A stretch of DNA of 64,000 bases from Octopus vulgaris. Its lineage: Eukaryota. The notes under the pieces were generated by a model, which saw only the letters and a program-made list of their open reading frames with translations, was not told where the DNA came from and searched no databases. The DNA lies in NCBI GenBank assembly GCA_951406725.2, contig OX597842.1:31930001-31994000 (forward strand), written 5' to 3'. Shown in pieces: positions 26,300 to 39,364 of this stretch (its first letter is position 1; every line of letters starts with the position of its first letter). The translations under genes were made by a program, and so were the position numbers.

Positions 26300-26686
26300 C
26301 TGTAGAAGAGTGTGGAGGAGAGAAAAATGGTAGAGGTGAGTGGTGGTGGTGGTAATGGTAGTGGTTGTGGTGGTAGTGGTTGTGGTGGTGGTGGTAGTGG
26401 TGGTGGTGGTAGTGTTCACTGGTCTCCTCTGACCCTAATTAGGGGCACATACATATGTATGTGTGTGTATATGTTTGTGTGTCTGTGTTCCCCCCTTCTT
26501 CACTTGACAACTGATGTTGGTGTGTTTACGTTCCCGTAACTTAGTGGTTCGGCAAAAGAGACCGATAGAATAAGTACTAGGCTCACAAAGAATAAGTCCT
26601 GGGGTCAGTTTGCTCGACAAAAGGCAGTGCTTCAGCATGGCTGCAGTCAAATGACACAGACACACAAACATATACACACATACATA

Positions 26687-26994
26687 TCTTTATATATAAA
26701 ATTGAAGTTGTGTGTGTGAGACTCTGTCTCCTCTGATTTAGATTCCTAACTACTCCCACATTTTGCGGTGCAGTTTAACCAAAAGCGGGTATCTTATAGT
26801 CGTGATTCATATCGAGCCCTTCTGGGTATTAGCACGCGTCTACGATGAGTCTACGATTTAAAAAAAAAATTTACCATCATTTTTCCGTATTTTTAATGAT
26901 TTTTGCTCGGGTTATATAAGGGAAGTAACTCTCTAAAAATGCTTATATAGTTATTTCCCTTACAAACCCGAGCAACGCCAGGCGATACTGCTAG
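26687..26994 (+). mobile_element. Non-autonomous Helitron-like element
   Basis: 5' TC, 3' CTAG, inserted between A and T, subterminal GC hairpin CCCGAGCAACGCC(A/G)GG, no TSD. Confidence 0.75.
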
Positions 26995-27125
26995 TATATT
27001 ATACATATATACGACAGGCTTCTTTCAGTTTCCGGGAACAACGGGAATAAATAAGAACTACACCTGACAGGGCCCAAACATTCTACCTGTTTTATATTCA
27101 AACATGACAACATACGCACCTTTAC

Positions 27126-27271
27126 CAATCTTTGGGTGGAAAGCCAGAGGGTTGCGATCGAGGCAGGCCTTGATGGCGCGGGACCTCTCCTCTTCGTGTT
27201 CCAGGTTGTTAGCACAGTTCGTACAGTTGCAGTTGTGACAGAACTCACCATTTGCAAAGCAATCACAATAC
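27126..27271 (-). CDS. LIN54: LIN54 exon, CXC1 end and hinge ([11 protein letters not shown]...[11 protein letters not shown])
   Basis: ttgcag acceptor; YCDCF and the RNPxAFxPK hinge are diagnostic of LIN54/tesmin. Confidence 0.95.
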
Positions 27272-27292
27272 CTGCAAATGAAAAGCAAAGCT

Positions 27293-27745
27293 TCATCATC
27301 ATCAGCATAATCATAATCGTCGTCGTCATCATCGTCATCATCATTGTCAGCGTCATCATCATCATCTTCATGATCGTCATCGTCATTGTCAGCGTCATCA
27401 TCATCATCATCGTCGTCATCATCGTCATCATCATCATTGTCAGCGTCATCATCATCATCTTCATGATCGTCATCGTCATTGTCAGCGTCATCATCATAAT
27501 CATCATCATAATCGTCATCATCATCATCATCATAATTGTCGTTGTCGTCATCATCATAATCGTCATCATCATCTTCATGATCGTCATCGTCATCATCATC
27601 ATCATAATTGTCGTCATCGTCATCATCATCATCATAATTGTCGTCGTCGTCATCATTATCATCATCATAATCATCATTGTCAGCATCAGCATCATCATCG
27701 TCGTCATCATCATAATCATCATCACTACCATTACATCATCATCAT
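27293..27745. repeat. Imperfect (ATC/GTC)n trinucleotide tract
   Basis: Visible directly; intronic. Confidence 0.9.
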
Positions 27746-27984
27746 CCCCAGTGTGCAACTGGTACAGTTTTTAATCGACCCTGAAGCGATGAAAGGCAAA
27801 GTCGACCTTGGCGGAATTTGAACTCAGAACGTAACGGCAGACGAAATACGGCTACGCATTTCGCCCGGCGTGCCAACGGTTCTGCCGGCTTGCCGCCTTC
27901 TTCTAGAACTCAGTTTTGCCGACACGGATAAACAACAATGGCAAAAACCTAAGAAAAAAAAATCATAAAAGAAAATTTACTTAC

Positions 27985-28056
27985 AGCTTTAAACACTGAG
28001 ATTTTGTACAATTACAAGGTTTCCTAGGTCTTGCCCCGGTGGCTTCAATGTTCGTC
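27985..28056 (-). CDS. LIN54: LIN54 exon, start of CXC1 (TNIEATGARPRKPCNCTKSQCLKL)
   Basis: tttacag acceptor, CT|gtaagt donor. RPRKPCNCTKSxCLKL is the tesmin/TSO1 CXC signature. Not in the supplied ORF track. Confidence 0.95.
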
Positions 28057-28165
28057 CTGTAAATGGTAAATAGAGGAAAAATTTTAAAAGCTTATGGAAT
28101 AATCAGAATTAGCAAATTCTTGCAGAGAATAGAGCCAAAAGTTAGCCAGCAGGATGAAGGGAAGA

Positions 28166-28747
28166 GTCTTCTATTATAATTCCATTGACATCTTGGATGT
28201 TTTATAGGAATATTAAATCTACCCCAGTATATCACTGCTACTTTATTTTATCAACCCCACAACAATGAAAGGTAAAGTTAGTGTTAGTCTTCAATTATAA
28301 TTCCATTGACATCTTGGATGTTTTATAGGAATATTAAATCTACCCCAGTATATCACTGCTACTTTATTTTATCAACCCCACAACAATGAAAGGTAAAGTT
28401 AGTGTTAGTCTTCAATTATAATTCCATTGACATCTTGGATGTTTTATAGGAATATTAAATCTACCCCAGTATATCACTGCTACTTTATTTTATCCACCCC
28501 ACAACAATGAAAGGTAAAGTTAGTGTTAGTCTTCTATTATAATTCCATTGACATCTTGGATGTTTTATAGGAATATTAAATCTACCCCAGTATTTCACTG
28601 CTACTTTATTTTATCAACCCCACAACAATGAAAGGTAAAGTTAGTGTTAGTCTTCTATTATAATTCCATTGACATCTCGGATGTTTTATAGAAATATTCT
28701 ATATACCCTGGAATTTCACTGCTACTTTATTTTATCCACCCCACAAG
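28166..28747. repeat. ~122-bp tandem repeat, about 5 copies
   Basis: Near-identical units that fill most of an intron; part of the unit resembles a reversed family B SINE. Confidence 0.9.
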
Positions 28748-28761
28748 GATTTGAGACATAC

Positions 28762-28874
28762 CCATTGATTGTATTCCGTGCCAGTGTGTTGGCAGTGACG
28801 ACTGGATTGTTGCTAGCGATGGGGATGAAGTCCTGCTTCAGCTGAGCGTTGACCACAGCTGGACTCTTGGAATT
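28762..28874 (-). CDS. LIN54: LIN54 exon (NSKSPAVV...FIPIASNN...TING)
   Basis: Donor GG|gtatgt, phase 2, fits the next exon. Acceptor taken as the first AG after the pyrimidine tract; an in-frame alternative start at 28841 is possible. Confidence 0.75.
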
Positions 28875-29903
28875 CTGGTTAAGAGGTACAGCATGCGTAA
28901 CCATGGTGATCAATGATGGTGGTTGAGGTGACAGGTAACAGATATGGTACGTGGAAAGAAAGAAGGGAAAAAAAAATCACTTTATTAGTATCATCATTAT
29001 TACTATTATCATTGAAGGAAACTGGGGGGGGGGGGGGGAATGAAGAAGAAAAAAAACTTGGCCCAGGAGAGGAAACAATTACCAAGAACCAATCTGGAAA
29101 CCCACATAATAATAATAATAATCCTTTCTCTTATAGGTACAAGGCTTGAAATTTGTGTGGGGGGGGGCAGTTTGTTACATCAATGACAGTACTTGACTGG
29201 ACCTTAAATTTATCGACCTCCAAAAGGATGAAATGCAAAGTCGACCTCGGCGGAATTTGAACTCAAAATGTAATGGTAGGCGAAATACCTATTTCTTTAT
29301 TACCGAGAAGGGGCTAAACACAAAGAGGACAAACAAGGACAGACAAACGGATTAAGTCGATTATATCGACCCCAGTGCGTAACTGGTACTTATTTAGCAC
29401 GCAAGGCGAAATGCTGAGCGGTATTTCGTCTGCCGCTACGTTCTGAGTTCAAGTTCCGCTGAGGTCGACTTTGCCTTTCATCCTTTCGAGGTCGATAAAT
29501 TAAGTATCAGTTACGCATTGGGGTAGTTGTAATCGACTCAATCCGTTTGTCTGTCCTTGTTTGTCCCCTCTGTGTTTAGCCCTTTGTGGGTAGTAAAGAA
29601 ATAGGTACTTATTTAATCAACCCCGAAAGGATGGAAGGCAAAGTCGACCTCGGTGGAATTTGAACTCAGAACGTAGCAGTAGACGAAATACCACTAAGCA
29701 TTTCGCCCGGTGTGCTAACGTTTCTGCCAGCTTGCTGCCTTATATACACATACACTATGTATATATAATGACATGAAGACGGGAGGCTGGTATGCATGGG
29801 CTTAAACAACCATACCCAGACTTGTGCCTTGGAGGGAAACTTTCTAGGTTCAATCCCATGGTGTTTCATGACCAAAGGGGGCCCTTCACCCTTTACCCCA
29901 TGT

Positions 29904-31937
29904 CAGTGCTTTTCAACCTTTTTGCTGGAGCGGAACCCCAAGGAAACATTCCACTGGCTCGAGGAACCCCTGTGCAATAATTTAATAGTCTTATGCACAC
30001 ATATCTGCACAGGAGAATTAAAAATTACTGCCGATTTTAGCAGTTTTGTAACTTCTTGCGGAACCCCTGGACTGTACTGGCAGAACCCTGGTTGAAAACC
30101 ACTGATATATACACACACACACACATATATATATACACACACACATATATATATATACACACACACACATATATATATACACCAGTGCTTTTCAAACTTT
30201 TTGCTGGAGCGGAACCCCAAGGAAACATTCCACTGGCTCGAGGAACCCCTGTGCAATAATTTCATAGTCTTATGCACACATATCTGCACAGGAGAATTAA
30301 GAATTACTGTCGATTTTAGCAGTTTTGTAACTTCTTGCGGAACCCCTGGACTGTACTGGCAGAACCCTGGTTGAAAACCACTGGTATATATATATATACA
30401 CACACATATATATATATACACACACACATATATATATACACCAGTGCTTTTCAAACTTTTTGCTGGAGCGGAACCCCAAGGAAACATTCCACTGGCTCGA
30501 GGAACCCCTGTGCAATAATTTAATAGTCTTATGCACACATATCTGCACAGGAGAATTAAGAATTACTGTCGATTTTAGCAGTTTTGTAACTTCTTGCGGA
30601 ACCCCTGGACTGTACTGGCAGAACCCTGGTTGAAAACCACTGGTATATATATATATACACACACATATATATATATACACACACACATATATATATACAC
30701 CAGTGCTTTTCAAACTTTTTGCTGGAGCGGAACCCCAAGGAAACATTCCACTGGCTCGAGGAACCCCTGTGCAATAATTTCATAGTCTTATGCACACATA
30801 TCTGCACAGGAGAATTAAGAATTACTGTCGATTTTAGCAGTTTTGTAACTTCTTGCGGAACCCCTGGACTGTACTGGCAGAACCCTGGTTGAAAACCACT
30901 GGTATATATATATATACACACACATATATATATATACACACACACATATATATATACACCAGTGCTTTTCAAACTTTTTGCTGGAGCGGAACCCCAAGGA
31001 AACATTCCACTGGCTCGAGGAACCCCTGTGCAATAATTTAATAGTCTTATGCACACATATCTGCACAGGAGAATTAAGAATTACTGTCGATTTTAGCAGT
31101 TTTGTAACTTCTTGCGGAACCCCTGGACTGTACTGGCAGAACCCTGGTTGAAAACCACTGGTATATATATATATACACACACATATATATATATACACAC
31201 ACACATATATATATACACCAGTGCTTTTCAAACTTTTTGCTGGAGCGGAACCCCAAGGAAACATTCCACTGGCTCGAGGAACCCCTGTGCAATAATTTCA
31301 TAGTCTTATGCACACATATCTGCACAGGAGAATTAAGAATTACTGTCGATTTTAGCAGTTTTGTAACTTCTTGCGGAACCCCTGGACTGTACTGGCAGAA
31401 CCCTGGTTGAAAACCACTGGTATATATATATATACACACACATATATATATATACACACACACATATATATATACACCAGTGCTTTTCAAACTTTTTGCT
31501 GGAGCGGAACCCCAAGGAAACATTCCACTGGCTCGAGGAACCCCTGTGCAATAATTTAATAGTCTTATGCACACATATCTGCACAGGAGAATTAAGAATT
31601 ACTGTCGATTTTAGCAGTTTTGTAACTTCTTGCGGAACCCCTGGACTGTACTGGCAGAACCCTGGTTGAAAACCACTGGTATATATATATATACACACAC
31701 ATATATATATATACACACACACATATATATATACACCAGTGCTTTTCAAACTTTTTGCTGGAGCGGAACCCCAAGGAAACATTCCACTGGCTCGAGGAAC
31801 CCCTGTGCAATAATTTAATAGTCTTATGCACACATATCTGCACAGGAGAATTAAGAATTACTGTCGATTTTAGCAGTTTTGTAACTTCTTGCGGAACCCC
31901 TGGACTGTACTGGCGGAACCCTGGTTGAAAACTACTG
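29904..31937. mobile_element. Tandem array of 8 hAT-like MITEs (201 bp MITE plus microsatellite spacer, 259-bp period)
   Basis: TIR CAGTGCTTTTCAA...TTGAAAACCACTG. Starts at 29904, 30183, 30442, 30701, 30960, 31219, 31478, 31737. Outer 8-bp TSD CCCCATGT/CCCTATGT. Confidence 0.85.
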
Positions 31938-32163
31938 CCCTATGTACATATAATGGCATGGAGAGGGGAGGCTGGTATGCATGGGTGACTGCTGGTTTTT
32001 TATAAACAAACTTACCTGGACTTGTGACTCGGAGGGGAACTGTCTGGGTTCAATTCTATAGTCACCCATGACCAAAGCAAGGCCCTTTACCTTTTTAAAT
32101 ATATATGTATATTATAAATATAAGAGCATTTGTGTATGTGTGTAGATGCCAACATAATCATAC

Positions 32164-32469
32164 CTGAGGAATCAACGTGGTTATGGCATAACTTTGCCCT
32201 GTGTTACCCGACGGAATGAGGGCTGTGCTAGGCAGGATCTGCGCAAGGGTTGGTGGTCGGGGAGAACTCGTGCCTCCACCAACACCGGCTGTTGGCAGGT
32301 TCGGTCGTATCTGCGTGAGGGTGGTGCCCGGTCCACAGTTGGGGACAATTGACGGCGTGGAAGAAGTGTTGGAGGAGCGGAGGGAGAGCTGAGAGGTGGC
32401 TGGTAAAATGATCCGCTGGACAGACGGGGCGTTTGATGACGTGTGACTCGAGGCGGCTTTCGGCACTCC
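32164..32469 (-). CDS. LIN54: LIN54 exon (GVPKAASS...VQRIILPAT...TTLIPQ)
   Basis: Polypyrimidine tract with attag acceptor, CAG|gtatga donor, 306 nt, phase 0/0. QRIILPAT resembles vertebrate LIN54 QRLIMPAT. Confidence 0.85.
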
Positions 32470-32532
32470 CTAATGGTTGGAAAAGAAAAGAAAAAAGAAA
32501 TAAAACACAAGATTATAGACATATAAATGTGT

Positions 32533-32653
<121 letters not shown>

Positions 32654-33569
32654 ACAATTTGCTCTTAGCTTAATTTTTCTTTGGGGCTGGCCAGATTGGA
32701 GTGATCTCAAGTTTAATCAGCCAAAATTGCGAAGATGATCCGGTTCTTGACCGAAGATTAAAGGCTTCGAATGACCAGTCCTTGTTTTTTGTATCGTCTT
32801 TCTGGATGTTTTGCGTTCTTGTCCAATTTTGTATTTATATATATATATATATCACCGTGACCATCGTGACCGACCAGGCCATCAGATGTTGCTACACATC
32901 GCTGGTCACAATGCACTTTGCATTGTTTTAGCCTTCAAATGACGCCACCCCGCTGGCCAAGCGAGCAGGCCAATATATATATATATATATACGCTCTCTT
33001 TTACTCTTTTACTTGTTTCAGTCATTTGACTGCGGCCATGCTGGAGCACCGCCTTTAGTCGAGAAAATCGACCCCGGGACTTATTCTTTGTAAGACCAGT
33101 ACTTATTCTATCGGTCTCTTTTGCCGAACCACTAAGTGACAGGGACGTAAACACACCAGCATCGGTTGTCAAGCAATGCTAGGGGGACAAACACACACAC
33201 ACAAACACATATATACGACAGGCTTCTTTCAGTTTCCGTCTACCAAATCCACTCACAAGGCATTGGTCGGCCCGGGGCTATAGTAGAAGACACTTGCCCA
33301 AGGTGCCACGCAGTGGGACTGAACCCGGAACCATGTGGTTGGTTAGCAAGCTACTTACCACACAGCCACTCCTGCGCCTATATATATATATATATTTTTC
33401 TATCTTTTTTTTTCTCTTCTTGCTTTTTCTGAGTCCCTTTCTGTAGAAGAGCGTAGGCTCGAAACATAAAAGACTTTTTCTATTCCTGAGCGTTATACTA
33501 ATACATGTTTGTTTTCTACACCACCTGTCTTCGTCTTTTGTTTTTTTCGTAAACTCTCCCTATATATCA

Positions 33570-33752
33570 TCATCATCATCATCATCATTGTTTAGCGTCC
33601 GCTTTCCATGCTAGCATGGGTTGGACGGTTCAACTGGGGTCTGGGAAGCCAGGAGGCTGCGCCAGGCTCCAGTCTGATCTGGCAGTGTTTCTACAGCTGG
33701 ATGCCCTTCCTAACGCCAACCACTCCATGAGTGTAGTGGGTGCTTTTATATA

Positions 33753-33805
<53 letters not shown>

Positions 33806-33973
33806 TCATCGTTTAACGTCCGGCTTTCCATACTAGCACAGGTTGGACGGTTCAACTGGGGTCTGGGAAGCCAGGAGGCTGCGCCAGGCCCAGTCTCACC
33901 TGGCAGTGTTTCTACAGCTGGATGCCCTTCCTAACGCCAACCACTCCATGAGGGTAGTGGGTGCTTTTATATA

Positions 33974-34022
<49 letters not shown>

Positions 34023-34189
34023 TCATCGTTTAACGTCCGCTTTCCATACTAGCACAGGTTGGACGGTTCAACTGGGGTCTGGGAAGCCAGGAGGCTGCGC
34101 CAGGCCCAGTCTCACCTGGCAGTGTTTCTACAGCTGGATGCCCTTCCTAACGCCAACCACTCCATGAGTGTAGTGGGTGCTTTTATATA

Positions 34190-34225
<36 letters not shown>

Positions 34226-34393
34226 ATCATCGTTTAACGTCCGCTTTCCATACTAGCACAGGTTGGACGGTTCAACTGGGGTCTGGGAAGCCAGGAGGCT
34301 GCGCCAGGCCCAGTCTCACCTGGCAGTGTTTCTACAGCTGGATGCCCTTCCTAACGCCAACCACTCCATGAGTGTAGTGGTTGCTTTTATATA

Positions 34394-34430
<37 letters not shown>

Positions 34431-34720
34431 CATCATCGTTTAACGTCCGCTTTCCATACTAGGACAGGTTGGACGGTTCAACTGGGGTCTGGGAAGCCAG
34501 GAGGCTGCGCCAGGCCCAGTCTCACCTGGCAGTGTTTCTACAGCTGGATGCCCTTCCTAACGCCAACCACTCCATGACTGGAGTGGGTGCTTTTTATGTG
34601 CCACCGGCACAGGTGCCAGACGAGTCTGGCAAACGGCCACGATCGGATTGGTGCTTTTTACGTCCCCCTGCCACGGGGGCCAGGCAAGGCTGGCAACGGC
34701 CACAATCGGATGGTGCTTTT
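33570..34720 (-). repeat. Tandem array (5 units) of RTE 3' tail plus (TA)n
   Basis: Period ~204-220 bp. Confidence 0.85.
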
Positions 34721-35069
34721 TACGTGATATATATATATATGTATGTATGTGATTTACATAGGTACGGCTGTGTGGTAAGAAGCTTGCTTCCCAACAACAT
34801 GGTTCCTACTGTGTAGCACCTTGGGCAAGTGTCTTCTACTATTCCCTCGGGGAAACTAGAGCCTTGTGAGAGGATTTGATAGGCGGAAACTGAAAGAAGC
34901 CTGTCATATGGAGGAGTGGTAAGTAGCTTGCTAACCAACCACATGGTTCCAGGTTCAGTCCCACTGCATGGCACCTTGGGCAAGTGTCTTCTACTATAGC
35001 CCCGAACCGACCAATGCCTTGTGAGTGGATTTGATAGACAGAAATTGAAAGAAGCCTGTCGTATATATG

Positions 35070-35103
<34 letters not shown>

Positions 35104-36014
35104 CATGTATGTTTGTGTGTCTGTGTTTGTCCCCCTAGCATTGCTTGACAACCGATGCTGGTGTGTTTACATCCGCGTCACTTAGCGGTTCGGCAAAAAG
35201 AGACTGATAGAATAAGTACTAGGCTTACAAAGAATAAGTCCCGGGGTCGATTTGCTCGACTAAAGGCGGTGCTCCAGCATGGCCACAGTCAAATGACTGA
35301 AACAACTAAAAGGGTAAAAGAGTATATATATATATATAAGTTCAGCAAAATTTAGATTCAGATGAATATGGTACTTAAGTTAAAGGCACCAGAATTTGGT
35401 ATGGTATTATCCATATAAATCAAATGGGGTGATTATAATCAAAATAAGCAAGAAAGACACATAAGTACCAGTTACACACTGGGGTCGATATAATCGACTT
35501 AATCCCTTTGTCTGTCCTTGTTTGTTCCCTATGTGTTTAGCCCCTTGTGGGAAATAAAGAAATAGGTATTTCGTCTATCTTTACGTTCTGAGTTCAAATT
35601 CCGCTGAGGTCGACTTTGCCTTTCATCCTTTCGGGGTCGATTAAATAAGTACCAGTTACGCACTGGGGTCTACATATATTCAACTTAATCCCTTTGTCTG
35701 TCCTTGTTTGTCCTCTTTGTGTTTAGCCCCTTGTGGGAAATAAAGAAATAGGTATTTCGTCTATCTTTACGTTCTGAGTTCAAATTCCGCTGAGGTCGAC
35801 TTTGCCTTTCATCCTTTCGGGGTCGATTAAATAAGTACCAGTTACGCACTGGGGTCGATATATTCGACTTAATCCCTTTGTCTGTCCTTGTTTGTCCCTT
35901 CTGTGTTTAGCCCCTTGTGGGTAGTAAAGAAATAGGGATCTGCCATGAATGTGATTTTACTTGGCTTGATGGGTCTTCTTACATATTAATACACACACAC
36001 AAAATGCTACCCAC

Positions 36015-36166
36015 CCCCGGTTCACTTACTGGAATTGATGTCGGCAGAGGGAGGGTAATGGTCACTTGTGAAGGTGTTGTCTGAGACTGAATGGTAGAGG
36101 AACCAGTGGCTGGAACTATTGGCTGAGTCTGCAGCATGGGACTGACCGCTGGGTTGCTTTTCGACA
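36015..36166 (-). CDS. LIN54: LIN54 exon (VSKSNPAVSP...VSEPG)
   Basis: cattttcag acceptor, GGG|gtgggt donor, 152 nt, phase 1/0 consistent with both neighbours. Confidence 0.75.
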
Positions 36167-36204
36167 CTGAAAATGGACAAAGGAAGAACATGGAGCAAAA
36201 ACAG

Positions 36205-36840
36205 ATTATTAGAGGGAGAGGTAGACCCAGGAAAACCTGGGATGAGGTGGTGAAGAACGACCTTCGAACTTTAGGTCTCACCGAGGAAATGACCAGAGAC
36301 CGAGACCTTTGGAAGTATGCTGTGCGTGGGAAGACCCGGCAGGAGAAGTGAGACCATAACCCGTGGCCCCTACGTGGGACATAGCCAGCCCACTTATGCA
36401 TACCGTTCCTTCTTGTGACACAAACCCTACTTGTGAAGACCTGTTGAGGCAAGTGAAAATCAAAATCAATATCAAAATCGAAATCTTTCAACATCAATGG
36501 AAATTGTAGCCAAGATACCAGTGCCGGTGGCACGTAAGAGAACCGTCCGAACGTTTGCCGTTACCAGCGCCGCCCCGACTGGCCTGTGCCGGTGGCACGT
36601 AAAAGGCACCATCCGATTGTGGCCATTTGCCAGCCTCGTCTGGTGGCACCTTGCAGGTGGCACGTAAAAAGCACCCGCTACACTCTCGGAGTGGTTGGCG
36701 TTAGGAAGGGCACCCGGCTGTAGAAACACTGCCAGATCAAAACTGGAGCCTGGTGCAGCCTTCTGGCTTCCCAGACCCCAGTTGAACCATCCAACTCATG
36801 CTAGCATGGAAAGCAGACGCTAAACGATGATGATGATGAT
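36205..36840 (+). mobile_element. 5'-truncated RTE-clade LINE (ORF end, 3' UTR, (GAT)n tail)
   Basis: RGRGRPRKTWDEVVKNDL...DRDLW is an RTE C-terminus. The UTR ends catgctagcatggaaagc...(gat)n. Other UTR copies at ~400-1060, 1360-1620, 12540-12710, 24100-24645, 33570-34720, 36878-37025, 51400-52480. Confidence 0.8.
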
Positions 36841-37273
36841 ATATATATATATATATATACATACATACATATATATGTTGGCGTTAGGAAGGGCATCCAG
36901 CTGTAGAAACACTGCCAGATCAGACTGGGCCTGGCACAGCCTCCTGGCTTCCCAGACCCCAGTTGAACTGTCCAACCCATGCTAGCATGGAAAGCGGACG
37001 TTAAACGATGATGATGATGATGATGATAGCAGAGATGCCTGGCCTTGCTCGGGATTAAAATGGCATAGTTTTTTTATTGATTTACTTGTTTCAGTCATGT
37101 GACTGTGGCCATGCTGGAGTAATGCAAATCGACCCCAGGACTTATTCTTTGTAAGCCTAGTACTTATTCTATCAGTTTCTTATGCCGAACCGCTAAGTTA
37201 CAGGGATGTAAACACACCAACATCAGTTGCCAATCAATGGTTGGAGTATAAACACACACACACACAAACACAA

Positions 37274-37319
<46 letters not shown>

Positions 37320-37928
37320 CAGATTCCTTTCAGTTTCCGAGTACAAAATCCACTCACAAAACTGAGGCTATAATATATATATATATGTGCGTGTGTGTTT
37401 ATATATATATATATATATATATACACCTATTCTCTCTTTTACTTGTTTCAGTCATTTGACTGCAGCCATGCTGGAGCACCGTCTTTAGTCGAGCAAATCG
37501 ACCCCGGGACTTATTCTTTGTTACCCCAGTACTTCTTCTATCGGTCTCTTTTGCCGAACCGCCAAGTGACGGGGACGTAGGTCTGTCTGGATCAGGACTG
37601 ACCTGGGGTTAAACAACAACTATAGCCACTAATACTAACTACTATACATTAGACAATGTAGTCCTAGATACACTTTGCCTGAATAAAAGATGGGATGGTC
37701 ACAGCTGGAACATATCTGATCATAGGCCAGTCTGGATCAGGACTGACCTGGGGTTAAACAACAACAGCTATAGCTACTAATACTAACTACGATATAATAC
37801 ATTAGATAATGTAGTCCTAGATACACTATGCCTGAATAAAAGATAGGATGGTCACAGCTGGAACGTCTTTGATCAGACTGAATCAGGACCTTTCCCTCAC
37901 ACACACACACACACACACCTTTACTCAC

Positions 37929-38127
37929 CTGTTGTGGTCTTTGCTTGCTGCGTGTTTGGCGTGACCAACCTCACATAATGGAGATTCTCCGAGACTGTGT
38001 GATGAATGGAAGGCGTTGAGACGGCGACCTGCCGGAGGGTGGCCGGGGCCTGCGAATAGGAGACCACCTGGACTGGCTTGTTTCCCACTGACAGCTGCAG
38101 GTGCTGCGTACACGAGGGCTTCGGCTG
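37929..38127 (-). CDS. LIN54: LIN54 exon (QPKPSC...NLHYVRLVTPN...KTT)
   Basis: ttcttcag acceptor (NAGNAG) and G|gtgagt donor. HYVRLVT matches a motif I recall from vertebrate LIN54. Phases 0/1 fit the neighbours. Confidence 0.85.
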
Positions 38128-39364
38128 CTGAAGAAACAGAAGAAAATATAACAAAAAAGGTGAAAAACCATTTTGGTGGAGGGATGTGGGTCAGTGGTTA
38201 GGGATATCGGACTCATGGTCATAAGATTGCGGCTTCCATTCCTGGACTGGGTGGTGGGTTGTTTTAGGTGCAGGAGTGGCTGTGTGGTAAGTAGCTTGCT
38301 AACCAACCACATGGATCCGGGTTCAGTCTCTCTGCGTGGCATCTTGGGCAAGTGTCTTCTACTATAGCCCCGGGCCGACCAATGCCTTGTGAGTGGATTT
38401 GGTAGATGGAAACTGAAAGAAGCCTGTCGTATATATATATACACATATATATGTATGTGTGTCTGTGTTTGTCCCCCTAGCATCGCTTGACAACCGATGC
38501 CGGTGTATTTACGTCCCCGTTACTTAGCGGTTCGGCAAAAGAGACCGATAGAATAAGTACTGGGCTTACAAAAGAATAAGTCCCGGGGTCGAGAAAATTA
38601 ACACAGGCTGTGTGGTATGTAGCTTGCTAACCAACCACATGGTTCCGGGTTCAGTCCCACTGCGTGGCATCTTGGGCAAGTGTCTTCTACTATAGCCCCG
38701 GGCCGATCAATGCCTTGTGAGTGGATTAGGTAGACGGAAACTGAAAGAAGCCTGTCGTATATATGTATATATATGTATGTGTTTGTGTGTCTGTGTCTGT
38801 CTCCCTAGCATTGCTTGACAACCGATGCTGGTGTGTTTACGTCCCCGTTACTTAGCGGTTCGGCAAAAGAGACCGATAGAATAAGTACTGGGCTTACAAA
38901 AGAATAAGTCCCGGGGTCGAGAAAATTAACATAGGCTGTGTGGTATGTAGCTTGCTAACCAACCACATGGTTCCGGGTTCAGTCCCACTGCGTGGCATCT
39001 TGGGCAAGTGTCTTCTACTATAGCCCCGGGCCGACTAATGCCTTGTGAGTGGATTTGGTAGACGGAAACTGAAAGAAGCCTGTCGTATATATGTATATAT
39101 ATGTATGTGTTTGTGTGTCTGTGTTTGTCTCCCTAGCATTGCTTGACAACCGATGCTGGTGTGTTTACGTCCCCGTTACTTAGCGGTTCGACAAAAGAGA
39201 CCGATAGAATAAGTACTGGGCTTACAAAAGAATAAGTCCCGGGGTCGATTTGCTCGACTAAAGGCGGTGCTCCAGCATGGCTGCAGTCAAATGACTGAAA
39301 CAAGTAAAAAATAAATAAAAATAAATAAAAAGAAGAGGAAGGAAGGTAAATGGGAAATATTTAC

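Noticed and set aside
26991-27774. Met-rich and Ile-rich ORFs (superficially reflectin-like or membrane protein)
   Set aside because: Translations of an (ATC)n tract; no reflectin motif; the tract is inside a LIN54 intron.
29903-31843. Repeated 149-211 aa ORFs
   Set aside because: Artefacts of the MITE tandem array.
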